A DNA stretch of 64,000 nucleotides from positions 57,701,023-57,765,022 of the forward strand of contig NC_057719.1 of NCBI RefSeq assembly GCF_004010195.1. The letters are read 5' to 3'. The notes under the pieces are model-generated. The model made no database searches. It saw only the letters and a list, made by a program, of their open reading frames with translations, and had not been told where the DNA came from. The DNA is from Chiloscyllium plagiosum. Lineage: Eukaryota. The translations under genes were made by a program, and so were the position numbers. Of this stretch, positions 12,901 to 24,859 are shown one piece after another (position 1 is the first letter of the stretch; each line of letters begins with the position of its first letter).

Positions 12901-13391
12901 GTTGAGAGGCAGAGCTTGTACGGTTTAGGCCTTGTCTTCAGAAGTGGATTCTATAAGGTGACAAAAAATGCTATTCCCAGTGTGCACAATTTGGTCCCTG
13001 AGGCTTATAGGAAACATTTCAAAATATCCAGATGCAACCTGAACAGACATGTATGGAGTTTAGGAGGGTAATGCAAAATTATATTGACTGTTGGATGCTC
13101 TCATTAAAGGTAAAGACTTTGTTTGATCCCCTTAGGGATATATGTTTTCTGGAAGAATTCAAAAGTTCACTTCTTCTAATTGCAATAACTCTTGTAGAAA
13201 GCTAGAAGGGTGCAAGAGTCAGTCAGGCAGCCAAGATGGCTGACAAATATGAGCTGGACTTGAAATCCAAATACATATTTCTGTCATTGTCACAAACCTG
13301 AGAAAGGTAGAAGGTGGAAGGGTGAAAGAAAGGGATAAGTTTGGATACCTGAGATGCTCCAGGATTTGCATCTCAGGCCAGAAAGGAAGGA

Positions 13392-14007
13392 AGATAACTA
13401 ACCATCTGTCCTGGACCTCCCATATAGATGCAATAGTCAAGAAGGTACAACAATGCCTCTTCTTCCTCAGGAGACTTAGGAAATTTGGAATGTCCATAAG
13501 GACCCTCACCAATGTTTACAAACGCGCTATTTTCTATCTGGGCGCATAACACCCTGGTACGGCAACTGCTCTGCCCAAGGCCGTAAGAAACTACAGAACG
13601 TTACGTGCACAGCCGGATCATCATGGAAGCCAACGTCCCATCCATGGACTCCATTTACACCTCTTATTGCTACAGAAAGGTTGCCAACATCATCAAAGAC
13701 CCCTCCCACCCCAGTAATACAATCTCTTCCAACCTCTTCCATTATTCAGAAGCTGGAACACACACACCAGCAGGTTCAAGAACAGCTTGTTCCCCGCTAT
13801 TATTAGATTGGTGAACACACCGCTCTAATTTCAAATCTAATGTTGACCTTGCTTTTGTGTACCTCCTGTGCAGTCATAACTTTATATGCCTCACTATGTT
13901 TAAATACCCTATGATGTGTATGTCCTTGTTTGCTATGATCTGTCTGCACTGCTTACAAAACAAAACTTTTCAATGTACTGAAGTACACATGACAACAATA
14001 AATCAAA
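13392..14007 (+). mobile_element. Rex1/Babar-like LINE 3' fragment
   Basis: ITNHLSWTSHIDAIVKKVQQCLFFLRRLRKFGMSIRTLTNVY and IIKDPSHPS; 3' end aataaatcaaa. Confidence 0.8.
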
Positions 14008-14169
14008 GCAAAGGTATTGAGGAGGGAAGTGATGACTGAAGGCCTAAATATTTCCATTGTTACAAAGTAGGACACCGTTGTGAAGATTGCTGAACTTTGC
14101 AGGGTCAGACTACGGGACTTAATGGAGTACATAAAGTCAATACAGAGAAAGGAGCCTGAATGAGTGCAC

Positions 14170-14342
14170 ATTGAGTACAGGAGTTAGGAGGTCATGTTGC
14201 GGCTGTACAGGACATTGGTTTGGCCACTGTTGGAATATTGTGTGCAAGTTTGGTCTCCTTCCTATTGGAAAGATGTTGTGAAACTTGAAAGGGCTCAGAA
14301 AAGATTTACAAGGATGTTGCCAGGGTTGGAGTATTTGAGCAT
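14170..14342 (+). mobile_element. Short CR1 fragment
   Basis: gaggtcatgttgcggctgtacaggacattgg..gttgccagggttgga matches the CR1 sequence at 30550-30700. Confidence 0.85.
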
Positions 14343-14811
14343 GGTGAAAGTAGTAGAATCTCCGTGAGTACAGAAAGGCCAAGTGAAGTCAAGGGAACAG
14401 AGTAACTGTAGGAAAAGATTCCAGAAGTAGTTCCTTCATGTGTAGTGATCCAAGTAATGGTTAAACAAACTCAATTATCAGAGGTCAGGATGGCACCACA
14501 GCCATATATTTGGTTACCTGAAACTTTCTTTGGGAATTTCAATAATCAGAAGGAAATTTTCAATTAATTTTCACAAACTGAGTTTCTGCAAGCCAATATG
14601 AGTTAAATAATATAGTCCAATCAGTTCAACCTGAATTTGAAGCTGAGCGAGTTCCAAAATGCTGTTATGTTAAAAGATAGGAATTCATTGAGGAAATCAC
14701 AGATGAAGAGTGAAGATGATGGTACCACACAAATATCACCAAACACTATCAAGGTGCGTCCACAAAATTCCTATGGTGGGATATGTAAGGACCATGAAAA
14801 CCCAAGCTTGA

Positions 14812-15025
14812 ATATGATTTGGAGATGCCAGTGTTGGACTGGGGTGTACAAAGTTAAAAATCACACAACACCAGGTCCAACAGGTTTAATTGGATGCACA
14901 CTAGCTTTCAGAGCGACGCTCCTTCATCAGGTGATAGTGGAGGGCTCAATCGTAACACAGAATTTATAGCAAAAATTTACAATGTGATGTAACTGAAATT
15001 ATACATTGAAAAATTAATTGTCTGA
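14812..15025 (-). mobile_element. Penelope-like terminal fragment (second family) with hammerhead motif
   Basis: Minus strand CTGATGA-AGGAGCGTCGCTCT-GAAAGCTA at 14901-14930; same family as 22252-22378 and 40640-40765. Confidence 0.7.
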
Positions 15026-16060
15026 ATAAGTCAACATTTATTTTACTGCCCATGCTGTCATAAGAATGTGTTACAATGTTGTAATTTGTGTCAGATGCGG
15101 CAGATGGTGGGAAAAAAAGGCATGCAATCAAACCAGCATTCTTGCCATACCAGCTTTTAAGGAAGCATTTAGTAGTGTGTTAGCACATCATATGGGACCT
15201 TGGTCAAAAACAAAAGCAGCTGCCAGTATATCGTGCTAAATAGCTAACTACAAAGTTCCCAGAAGCTATCATTTTATTTTACTTTACTTTTGATTGTCGA
15301 CTGAGATGGGATAAGGGCTATTTTAAAAGCGAAGAATTATTGACTACTGTACTTTTTAAAAGCAAGTTACCTGGCACTCATTGTAAGTGCTGTTTACATA
15401 GCTGTTGGTTCAAACAGTAGGGGAAGTTTAGGTAAAGACTAGCTGGACCCTAAGAGTGTGTACGAATTGAGCTTCAACCAGCCTAAAGAGGCTAATTTGT
15501 CTGTGGTATGGTGACCCAGTTATCAGTGACAAAGACCTTGTGTTTATATCTACCTCCCAGGTTGCTGAACAACTTGGGAGTGTGAATGTTTGAGGGAGAA
15601 GCCTCAGATCCTCAAATGGGAAGCTTTCCCTTTTCTCTGCAGTAAAACCCACCTCAAGCCTTAAGAAAACCAATTTTCTTTTCCCTTATTAGTTGCTGTA
15701 AACTGTGGCAATTTAAGCAATATATCAGAGACTTCATAAATGTGACACAGTGAGCCACCCTTTGTCTCCTGTAAGAAAGTGAAAGCACCCAGAGAAAGAT
15801 GATCAAGGAGCAGCATCCTGAAAAGCCAAAAAAGACCATTTGGATGTACCCTGTGGACATAGACCATTGAACTGCCTTCTCCAGTCATTTTCCTGTCGGT
15901 ATCGTTATGATGCCTGGGAAGAATATATAAGGGTCCAACAGTTTTAAATAATAGAGTTGTATGGTGATGGTTCATAATTGCTCATCTGTAGCGAGAATCT
16001 ACTTATTTAGAATAAATAGTAATTCTTAAGTACAAAAACCTGGTCTGTGCTTTCTGTCAC

Positions 16061-16267
16061 GGCTGAAAAATGTGTTGCTGGAAAAGCGCAGTAGGTCAGG
16101 CAGCATCCAAGGAGCAGGAGAATCGACGTTTCGGGCTTGAGCCCTTCTTCAGGCTTATGCCCGAAACGTCGATTCTCCTGCTCCTTGGATGCTGCCTGAC
16201 CTGCTGCACTTTTCCAGCAACACATTTTTCAGCTCTGATCTCCAGCATCTGCAGTCCTCACTTTCTC
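16061..16267. mobile_element. Palindromic (fold-back) Penelope-derived element
   Basis: Arms of about 75 bp are near-perfect inverted repeats; 15-bp TSD CTGTGCTTTCTGTCA (16045-16059, 16269-16283). Confidence 0.9.
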
Positions 16268-16289
16268 CCTGTGCTTTCTGTCAACCTGG

Positions 16290-17045
16290 ATATAAGGACG
16301 CAGTAAATTGGGGAATTATGCATGCCCTGAGCACGTGAGTAGGTTGGGCAGATGCCATGCCATGTTAGTGGTGTCAGGAATTGGGATGGGGAAAGTGAGA
16401 GGAGATGATGTTGCAGACGCTAGTCAGGATAATAAAGCATGAGTCTTGGTGGGACATAGGTATAGTAGAAGAGATAGAGTTAGTGTGAGGCTTCAAAGTG
16501 ATGATGGTGGTACTTATGTTGACAGAGTGAAGAATGTCATTGACCTCTTCCTACTTTGTTGTGCATTCTTCCAGACAGCTGAGACTGCACTGATCTTAGT
16601 GGTGACCTTGGACTACACTGCCATAGTCTGGTATCGTGGCCTCCACTGTCATTCTTAGAGGAAGATGGACATCCACCTCTTCACCACCACATCCAGCAGG
16701 ATCTCCAAGACCTCATCTACAAAGTGAGTCACCAAATTTCCATTGTCTTCCATGTGTGGGTAAAATATCAGGAACCACGCAGAGCAGTTCCGTACTCACC
16801 ATGCTTGACTGTGTCTGCAACAGCATTTTAAGGTTTGTGCTGGTGTCAGGGATACATGTCAATTCCAAGATTTCCCAGCTGTGCCAAGCTTTTCTAGGAA
16901 TAGCCTGTTGTCGGATGGGTTAGAATTGGCCAAGATGGGTGGCATGGTGGTGTGGTAAATAATCACTAAGGTGAGTTTGGTAGGATATGGTGAGAGACCT
17001 TGCTAAGTCTTGTGGTGAGAAATCTTCTAAGAAACTCAATGAAAC
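16290..17045 (-). mobile_element. PIF/Harbinger DNA transposon remnant (Myb/SANT-like ORF)
   Basis: Minus 16755-16520 translates FVDEVLEILLDVVVKRW..RPRYQTMAV*SKVTTKISAVSAVWKNAQQSRKR/NDILHS, fitting the trihelix Myb/SANT pattern of Harbinger DNA-binding proteins. Confidence 0.6.
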
Positions 17046-19039
17046 TGACACTTAGCCAAAGGAATGTAAGATACAGCCCCATGTCTCCACATTCTAGGAA
17101 TGGGGCTCACAGGAGTCTGCAAAGCATTTCAAGAACACATGGAAACATCATAAACAACCAGGAAAGAACGAGCTGAAAAAAGTAACAAACTCCAAATATG
17201 TCATCTAAGGATGGGGTGTTAGTGTTATTGTCAAAGTGTATTGTTTAGTGGTCCATAAAGGATAGTCAAAAGGATTTAGCAAGTAAGTTATTTGACTGAC
17301 TCCCTAAATCAATATGCTAAAGCAATACCACCACATGGAGGGGAACGGTGCAGGCATGTCAACTAGTAAGGCCCCACAGGCTTACTAAGAATGAGGCAGG
17401 AGGAGAAGTAGAGAACTTCCAAATTGTACCTCCTACTATCAGTTAGCTAGCACTGTACTACTAGGGAGACAAAACACCATGCTTTCATATTTACAGCCAG
17501 AAAAATGAAAAGACTGAGCAAGACTACTTAAAAAATTTGCAAAGGTCTGTAGAGAAAAACCTGTCTGTAAAATTTTGGCCATACATGTGGTGAATATAGA
17601 AGAATCTTCTTCTATAAAACATTGCTCTCATTAATTAGGTCCAGAGGAACAGGCCCAGGGAAAAGCAGAAATCCGATATTAATCATCAAATTAAATCTAG
17701 TCAAAGCTGCTGGAGATCCCCAGTCACATTCGTGTCTAAGCCCAATGGTTCAACCATATTCTGCATTGACTACAGAAAGGGCAGTGCACTAATAAAAGCA
17801 GATTCTTACCTAAGTCCTTGAATGGAAGATGTATTGATAACATTGGCAGTGCTAGATTTCCTACCAAAATACATTTGTTACAAGGATAATAGCAGGTTTC
17901 CCTATCACTCCAATCTAATGAGATATTGGCCTGTATCACATCAGATAGGCTTTTCTAACTCTGAATGATGTCATTCAGGCTAAAAAATGGCCCAAACATT
18001 TTTCAAAGACTAATAAACCAAGTGATAGCCAGTGTTGCTAACAGTGTTGTTTAATTGATGAGCACTGGTATACTGTATATTGAGACATGGAAGGACCATT
18101 TGGATCAATTAGAAACTCTGTTTAGAAAATTACAAACAGCTGATTTCGTGACAAGCCTGGTCAAAAATGAGTTTGCAGAAGTGTCAAGTAACCTACTTAA
18201 GACTTATAATAGGGCAAGAACATGTGCTGCCAAGAACAGCAAAATTATAAGCTTTAGTGGAATTCCCTGCCCTTCAAACTAAATGAGAAATAATGAGGTT
18301 TTAGCAGATGTTTGGTTTCTATTTGGGATTGGGAGTGTCGGAAAGGTGCAAGCTGTGTTGGCAAAGATTCCAGAGACATCTGCTTGTATTTGATGATATC
18401 CATTTTTAAGTGGCAGAACATCAGACCAACATCTGTCAGAGCATTCTTCACCTTATCTTACTTTATTGCCTTCAAGAACTGAGACTTATCAATCAATAGT
18501 GTTTGCTTTTCCAAAATGAATCTCCTTAGAGACAAATCTATACTATTTTACTTGTTTGTGCATGCATTTTGTTTTATTTAGAGAGGTAAAATTTATATGT
18601 TCACACTACAAACCAGGCATGTCAAGTAGTTTTGCATCATTATTGAATAAGTTGCTTTTTATAATAAATCAATAATGTTATGTTTATTAAAGGAATGTGA
18701 TTGATGGATCACTTTATTTGATGTCCAATAGACAAAAAGCATTTGATTGACAATAACAGGATCTGGGTAAAACAACTAAATTCACTTTGTGACCCATGGA
18801 ATAGTGAATCTAGATAAAAACAGTGTATTCCTCCCATTTTAGTCATAACAGTCTCCGTAATACTCCCTCAGTTTGACTTTACCTTAGCTCACCTGAAACT
18901 CTCATTCATTCATCAAAGAGCAAGAGAGAGGAGGACCTTGAGTTTCTGAAACAATGTGAGGGAAAGTGTGAATAGTGTTGGATAAACAGCAGAAGAAAGA
19001 ATGGGGTCAGCAGTTTCTCAAACCATGTGAGAAAGCTGG

Positions 19040-19525
19040 GGGTGGGGTGGGGGCTGCAGCTCGGGGCTACATTAAAGGTTTTGAACAGAAAGGTAATAAT
19101 CTATGGATTACTACCTGAACTAAGTGCAAATTACTGTAGATTAAATAACAAAAGTAATGAATACCTCAAAGACTGGTGTTGGAGAAATAGGTTCCAATTC
19201 ATGGCACACAGGTATCTGTACTGGGGAAAGAGAGAGCTGTTACATTGGGAAGGACTTTATTTGAATGATACTGCAACCAGTATCCCAACTATTTAATCAT
19301 TAAGGGGCTTTAAACTAACTAATGAGGGGAAATTGAGGAGAACTTTTAAAAATCAAAAAGAAATGATAGAACAGAAGTGCAGGGTCGCGAAGAGTTGAAG
19401 AGTAATCAACGTGTGACAGGAAGGGATACAAAATATGTTCAGATGAGTATAGCAGAAATGAGAAACAAAGTAATAATGGTAAATGTCAAAATCTAAGTCT
19501 CTTTATCTGAATGTGCACATCATTT
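19040..19525 (+). mobile_element. Old CR1 ORF1 (SGNH esterase-like) fragment and ORF2 start
   Basis: KVIIYGLLP..NEYLKDWCWRNRFQFMAH..YWGKRELLHWEGLYLN; LYLNV at about 19500. Confidence 0.75.
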
Positions 19526-20239
19526 TTAGAATAAAACATCCTTTACTGTCACATGTACTCCATTGTAGAAACACTGTACAGTGAAAAGCTTTTACAATAG
19601 CTGCCTCTTATGGCGCCATCTTAGGTACAAGTACAACAGAGGATACAATGGAGGAATAAAATATAGTTTAAAAATAAGTTAGAAATAGGACATGGTTAAA
19701 GTGCTGACATTACAGTAAGATAGGAAATTTCAAATAAACCTTACATTGCAGCAGCTCAGTGCAGGGCCACCCATGTCAGACCCTAATCCAACAGCCATCC
19801 CTGCTCTGCTCCAAGCCTCCAGTCTGCTCCATACCGACACTCAGTTGCTCCAAGGCAAGTGTAAGGTCTGCCTCCCATCGTGCCGGTCTGCACTGGGACT
19901 CCAGGAATCACAGCCGCCTGCCACTGCTTCAGGATTCACCTCCGGGGCTAAGGGGAGATAAGAAGGGAAAAAAGAGTAAAAGCAAGGAACAGAACAGGTG
20001 GAGCATAGGATCTATGCTATCTTGCCAGAAGGGGCAAGGTGGTAAATGAGCTTACAGCTCAACTAGAAACAATTAATACAATCTTGAAGCTAATAAGGAA
20101 GAGTGATTACAAGGTGGCCGAGATTAGGTACTCAAAATACTAAAGGGTGGTCCATGTTAGTGGCATGTAAATAGAATGCTATGATTTTCATGATTGATCT
20201 GAATCTGCATATTGACTGACAAATGAGATTGACAAGGGT

Positions 20240-20852
20240 AGAGTCATATAGTCATAGAGATGTACAGCAAGGGTAGAGTCATGAGTCTTCTAGAAGAAAG
20301 TGAGGACTGCAGATGCTGGAGATCAGAGCTGAAAATGTGTTGCTGGAAAAGCGCAACAGGTCAGGCAGCATCCAAGGAGCAGGAGAATCAACGTTTCGGG
20401 CATGAGCCCTTCTTCCATGCCCAAAATGTCGATTCTCCTGCTCCTTGGATGCTGCCTGATCTGCTGCGCTTTTCCAGCAATACATTTTCAGCGAGAGTCA
20501 TGAGTCATAGAGATGTACACCCTTCGGTTCAACTCGTCCATGCCAACCAGATATCCTAACCTAATTTAGGCCCATTTGCCAGCACTTACACCACTTCCCT
20601 CTAAACCGTTTCTATTCATATACCCATTCAGGTGTCTTTTAAATGTTGTAATTGTACCAACCTCCACCACTTTCTCTGGCAGCTCATTCCATACAGGCAC
20701 CACCTTCAGTGTGAAAAAGTTGCCCCTTAGGTCTCTTTTAAATCTTTTAAGTCTCACCCTAAACCTATGCCCTCTAGTTCTGGACTTCCCCACCCCAGGG
20801 AAAAGACCTTGTCTATTTACCCTATCCATTCCCCTCACGATTTTATAAATCT
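20240..20852 (-). mobile_element. CR1 3' end interrupted by a palindromic Penelope-derived element
   Basis: ORF 20566-20877 YKIVRGMDRVNRQGLFP..FFTLKVVPVWNELP. Confidence 0.92.
20288..20493. mobile_element. Palindromic (fold-back) Penelope-derived element
   Basis: Inverted arms; 13-bp TSD AGAGTCATGAGTC (20275-20287, 20494-20506). Confidence 0.9.
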
Positions 20853-21005
20853 CGAAACATAAATTTAAAATCACCAAGCTTTCGAAGCACTGTTTCTTTA
20901 TCAGATGACTTTATTATGATTGACTGTCTTTTATTGACTACAGGTAGTTAATCCTGCTCAAGCCAATTACAGTGATGTGAATAAAAGAGATGTCTAAAGC
21001 AGACT

Positions 21006-21314
21006 GATTAGATTACTTACAGTGTGGAAACAGGCCCTTCGGCCCAACAAGTCCACACCGCCCCGCCGAAGTGCAACCCACCCATACCCCTACATTTACC
21101 CCTTACCTAACACTACAGGCAATTTAGCATGGCCAATTCACCTAACCTGCACATCTTTGGACTGTGGGAGGAAACCGGAGCACCCGGAGGAAACCCACGC
21201 AGACACGGGGAGAACGTGCAAACTCCACACAGTCAGTCGCCTGAGGCAGGAATTGAACCCGGGTCTCTGGCGCTGTGAGGCAGCAGTGCTAACCACTGTG
21301 CCACCGTGCCGCCC
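21006..21314 (-). mobile_element. HE1-type V-SINE, full length
   Basis: Reverse complement begins gggcggcacggtggcacagtggttagcactgctgcctc; B box ggttcaattcc; taatc tail. Confidence 0.95.
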
Positions 21315-21449
21315 AGATGGGAAAATAGACTGAGGGGAAAGTTAGTGAATGAGCAATGGCAGATATTTCATAACACTCAGCAAAAATTTATTTTTGTCAC
21401 ATTAGGAAGAACTGTTCACATGAAAAAGACCATTATGAGTTTCTGCATA

Positions 21450-21830
21450 TTTAGAATAATAGAAATTCAACAATGTAGAAGCAGGCCATTCGGCCCATTG
21501 ACTCCACATTGACCCTCCAAAGAGCATCCAACCCAGGCTCACCTCATCCCTCTAATCCAGCATTTCCCATGGCTAACCCACCCAGCCTGCACATCCCTGG
21601 ACACGAGCAGGCAATTTCCCATTGCGAAAGTGAGGACTGCAGATGCTGGAGATTAGAGTCAAGATTAGAGTGCTGGAAATGCACAGTAGGTCAAGCAGCA
21701 TCCAAGTAGCAGGAAAATCAACATTTCGGACAGGAACCCTTCATCAGCAATCAGAAATGGCAATTTCCCATGTCCAATCCACCAAACCTGCACATCTTTG
21801 GACTCTGGGAGTAAACCGGAGTACCCGACA
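21450..21830 (-). mobile_element. Older HE1-like SINE interrupted by a Penelope-like fragment (21623-21758)
   Basis: Central domain ctgcacatctttggact; insert flanked by 13-bp TSD GGCAATTTCCCAT (21610-21622, 21759-21771). Confidence 0.75.
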
Positions 21831-22251
21831 AATTGTAGAGTGCATCAGGAAAAGTTTCTTAGGGCAGTTTGTTGCAGAATCTACTGGAAACCAGGCAAAT
21901 GTGTGTGCATATAATATATATGTGTTACAATGTAGGATTAATAAGAAATCTTAGTTAAGGATTGTCTCAGGATTAGCAATCATAATGTGGCAACAGTATA
22001 AATTCAATTAGAAGTTGAGCAAGCCGGGTCTCAAACCAATGTCCTCAACTTAAATGAAGCCAATTACAGAGATGTGAATAAAAGAGATGTCTAAAGCAGT
22101 CTAGGAAAATAGACTGAGGGGAAAGTTAGTGAATGAGCAATGGCAGATATTTCATGACACTCAGCAAAAATTTATTTTTGTCACAACAGAAAGGACTCAA
22201 TGAGCAGGATGAACTACCTGTAGTTAATAAAAGGCAGTCAATCATAGTAAA

Positions 22252-22378
22252 GTCACCTGACGAAGAAACAGTGCTTCGAAAGCTTGCTGATTTTAAATAA
22301 ACCTGTTGAAATACAAACTGATATCATGTGACTTTTGACTTTGTCCACCCCAGTCCAACACCAGCATCTCCACATCAT
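22252..22378 (+). mobile_element. Penelope-like terminal fragment with hammerhead motif
   Basis: CTGACGA-AGAAACAGTGCTTC-GAAAGCTT followed by aataaacctgtt..ccagtccaacaccagcatctccacatc. Confidence 0.7.
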
Positions 22379-22731
22379 GTGCAAATTGGCATAGGGCAAA
22401 TGAGATCAGAGAAATGAATGCATCTTTCAAAGACTGTTCAGGGAGAAGTGGGTTTTGATTCATGGAGCACTGAGGTCAGTACTGGGAAAAGTGGGACTGG
22501 GATGGTCTACAACTAAACTCTCCAGTGGCTAGCAGAGGAGAAGTGAAGAGATTTTTAAAAATAATTAGTGGGAAATCAAAGAGAGGCAAAACAGAATGGT
22601 GTTTAAAAGGGAAATGATAATACCATGACTATAAAAGATATAGATCTAAGCATAAATCAAAACATGGCGAAAGCTATAAAAATAATACAAAATCAAAAAA
22701 TACAGGTGCTGTATCTTAACGCATGTAAAAT

Positions 22732-23425
22732 TGAAGACCTGGACCCCTGGCGGGGTCTCTCAGTTCCACAATCAATTAATAAACACTCACAGTCGGCCTG
22801 GTTCTTTGAGACTTCATTTTACATTTTTCATACAGCTAGGTACAAAGCATTCGGAAACACAGAGGATGTGCACTTTTGTATTCTTGGAGGAGCTGCACAC
22901 ATGGCTTAAAACAAAGGCATTTTTATATTTTTCTTAAAGAAGGGTACAGACCGTGATCACATAGTACATTCAAACAATTACCAATCAATACATGATATTT
23001 GTTTTATTGACAGTTACTTGGTCCAATGATATTTCCTAGGAAGCAATTTTATGTTCCAACATTTAGGCTACTTTTATCTCACAAACCGAGCCACCACACC
23101 TGCACCTGAAGGTCAGCCAGGACGGTTAGTCCTTTCTTATCTTGTCGAGTTACTTCGATACTCTAAAGGGTGAATTGTCTGCTAATCTCCTTTGGCACAG
23201 ACTGTGGTTAGTCACTTATGCAATTTTAGCAGAATTAGCAGTTAGTAACCTAAAAGCTATTTACGCAGCTTTAGCAGAATTGTCAGCAGCCTAGAAGCCA
23301 TTTTGTCATGTTACTTGCATCAAGAAGCTATCTTGTTGCCACCCAAGTTATTAAGGACATCTATTAGGCGGTTGCCCCTGACTACAACGAGGTGCATCAG
23401 CCTGTATTCAAGATTCAGATTCTCA
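22732..23425 (-). mobile_element. Solo LTR, ERV1-like, inserted into an old CR1 fragment
   Basis: TG...CA termini; 4-bp TSD AAAT (22728-22731, 23426-23429); minus-strand TATAAAA near 22925; end GGGGTCCAGGTCTTCA; 694 bp. Confidence 0.7.
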
Positions 23426-24082
23426 AAATAAAAAAAAACAGATTAAATCGCTGTTGCAATCAGAAATAAATAAGTATAGTCTGATAGTAATCCCAGAGAA
23501 ATGGCTGCTGAGTGACATATATTGGAACTTGGATACTGAAGAGTACATGAAATTTCAGAAGGAAAAGGTGGAGAAATGATTCTGTTAGTAATGGTTAATT
23601 AATGTTAAATAATGATGGAATTAGCACAATAGAGTGAGTAAAATGAGTGTTGACTCACAGAATGTGAGTCTGGAGAATTAATGGTGATGACAGTTGAATT
23701 AAACATTTATTTTGCATTAACTTCATTATAGAGGACAGAAGTAACTTCCCAATAATAGGTATAAACCTGGAAGTGGAAGGGAGTGAGGAACTAAAGAAAA
23801 TAACCATCGCCAGGGAAATGTGGGAAATGTTACAAAATAAGTTGTTGGAGCTGCAGGTCCTTGGATCCTAATGGATGCAAAATCAAAAATTGCTGGAAAA
23901 ACTCAGCAGGTAAGACAGCATCTGTGGAGAGAAAGCAGAGTTAATGGCCCCACTTCAGAACTAATTTTAGGGAAAGGAGTAAATGATAGGTGGATAGGTC
24001 GCTTCACCTGCTGCTGTGCAGGCTCAGACATCTGTTATCAGTTCTCAAAGAATCCCACAGGATTTGATTGCTGTTCTCTAAC

Positions 24083-24373
24083 ATGTTGGCTCAATGGTTA
24101 GCACTGCTGGCTCACAGCACCAGGGTCCCAGGTTCAATTCCAGCCTTGGGCGACTGCCTGTGTGGAGTTTGCACATTCTCCCCGTTTCTGCATGGGTTTC
24201 CTTCCACAGTCCAAAGATGTGCAGGTCAGGTGAATTGGCCAGGCTAAATTGCCCATAGTCTTAGGTGCGTTAGTCAGAGGGAAATGGGTCTCGGTGGGTT
24301 ACTCTTCAGTGTGGACTGGTTGGGCTGAAAGACCTGTTTCCACACTGTAGGGAATCTAATCTAATCTAATCTA
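24083..24373 (+). mobile_element. HE1-type SINE
   Basis: tggttagcactgctg..ggttcaattcc..gtccaaagatgtgcagg; (AATCT)n tail. Confidence 0.9.
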
Positions 24374-24859
24374 ACAGATTACTGGAGTTGCTAGGATGCC
24401 ACCCAGGAGTTGTAATGACTCCACTGGGCTCAAACCTACTGTTCTCTCTCAAGGGGACAGCATTCACCATCCTTCCACTACCACTCCACCAATGTCGCCA
24501 TCATTGCCTGTCAGCCAGCAAATCTGAACTGCCAACCAAGTCAAGGTGGTGTAATCTGAAGCCAAGTTTTCTAGAAGTAGAGTTGCTTTGTAGCATCTTG
24601 CAATGTTATCTGTAAACTTCCAAACTGACAGTCAACAATTTTCTACTGAGGCGTACCTATTGTGACACATTAGGTCATGCCAACACACCTGTAAGGCAGG
24701 CACCATGAGGAATAAGGGTAATTAGTTGCTTTTACATTGAAAGTCAGATCCTTTATTTGCTAAATTGATTTGGAAGAGTTGTTTGTGGTGCCTTGTATTG
24801 CAGCCTTGCAGCAAATGCATCCAGTTATGGTCAATGTCAGAGGCAGGGTTAAATGGAAG

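Larger units (their letters stand above)
11372..18850 (+). mobile_element. Old fragmented Gmr1-like Gypsy LTR retrotransposon with nested insertions
   Basis: Diverged LTR pair (about 11372-12191 and about 18350-18850; shared caaagat.ccaga.acatc..gcttgt.tttgatga block; ends catagca and cataaca); gag HNLVPEAYRKHF near 12985; integrase remnants 15060-15270 (KFPEAI) and near 17245 lie before RT 17680-18290 (FCIDYRK, FQRLINQVI, WKDHLDQL); 5' boundary uncertain. Confidence 0.75.

Noticed and set aside
16007..16306. Same peptide MCCWKSA.. on both strands (also at 20260-20559)
   Set aside because: A consequence of the palindromic element, not a coding gene
21006..21314. tRNA gene, or the repeated small protein MWKQALRPNKST (also at 27691 and 44908)
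   Set aside because: These are HE1 SINE copies; the head is only tRNA-derived and the ORF is an antisense by-product
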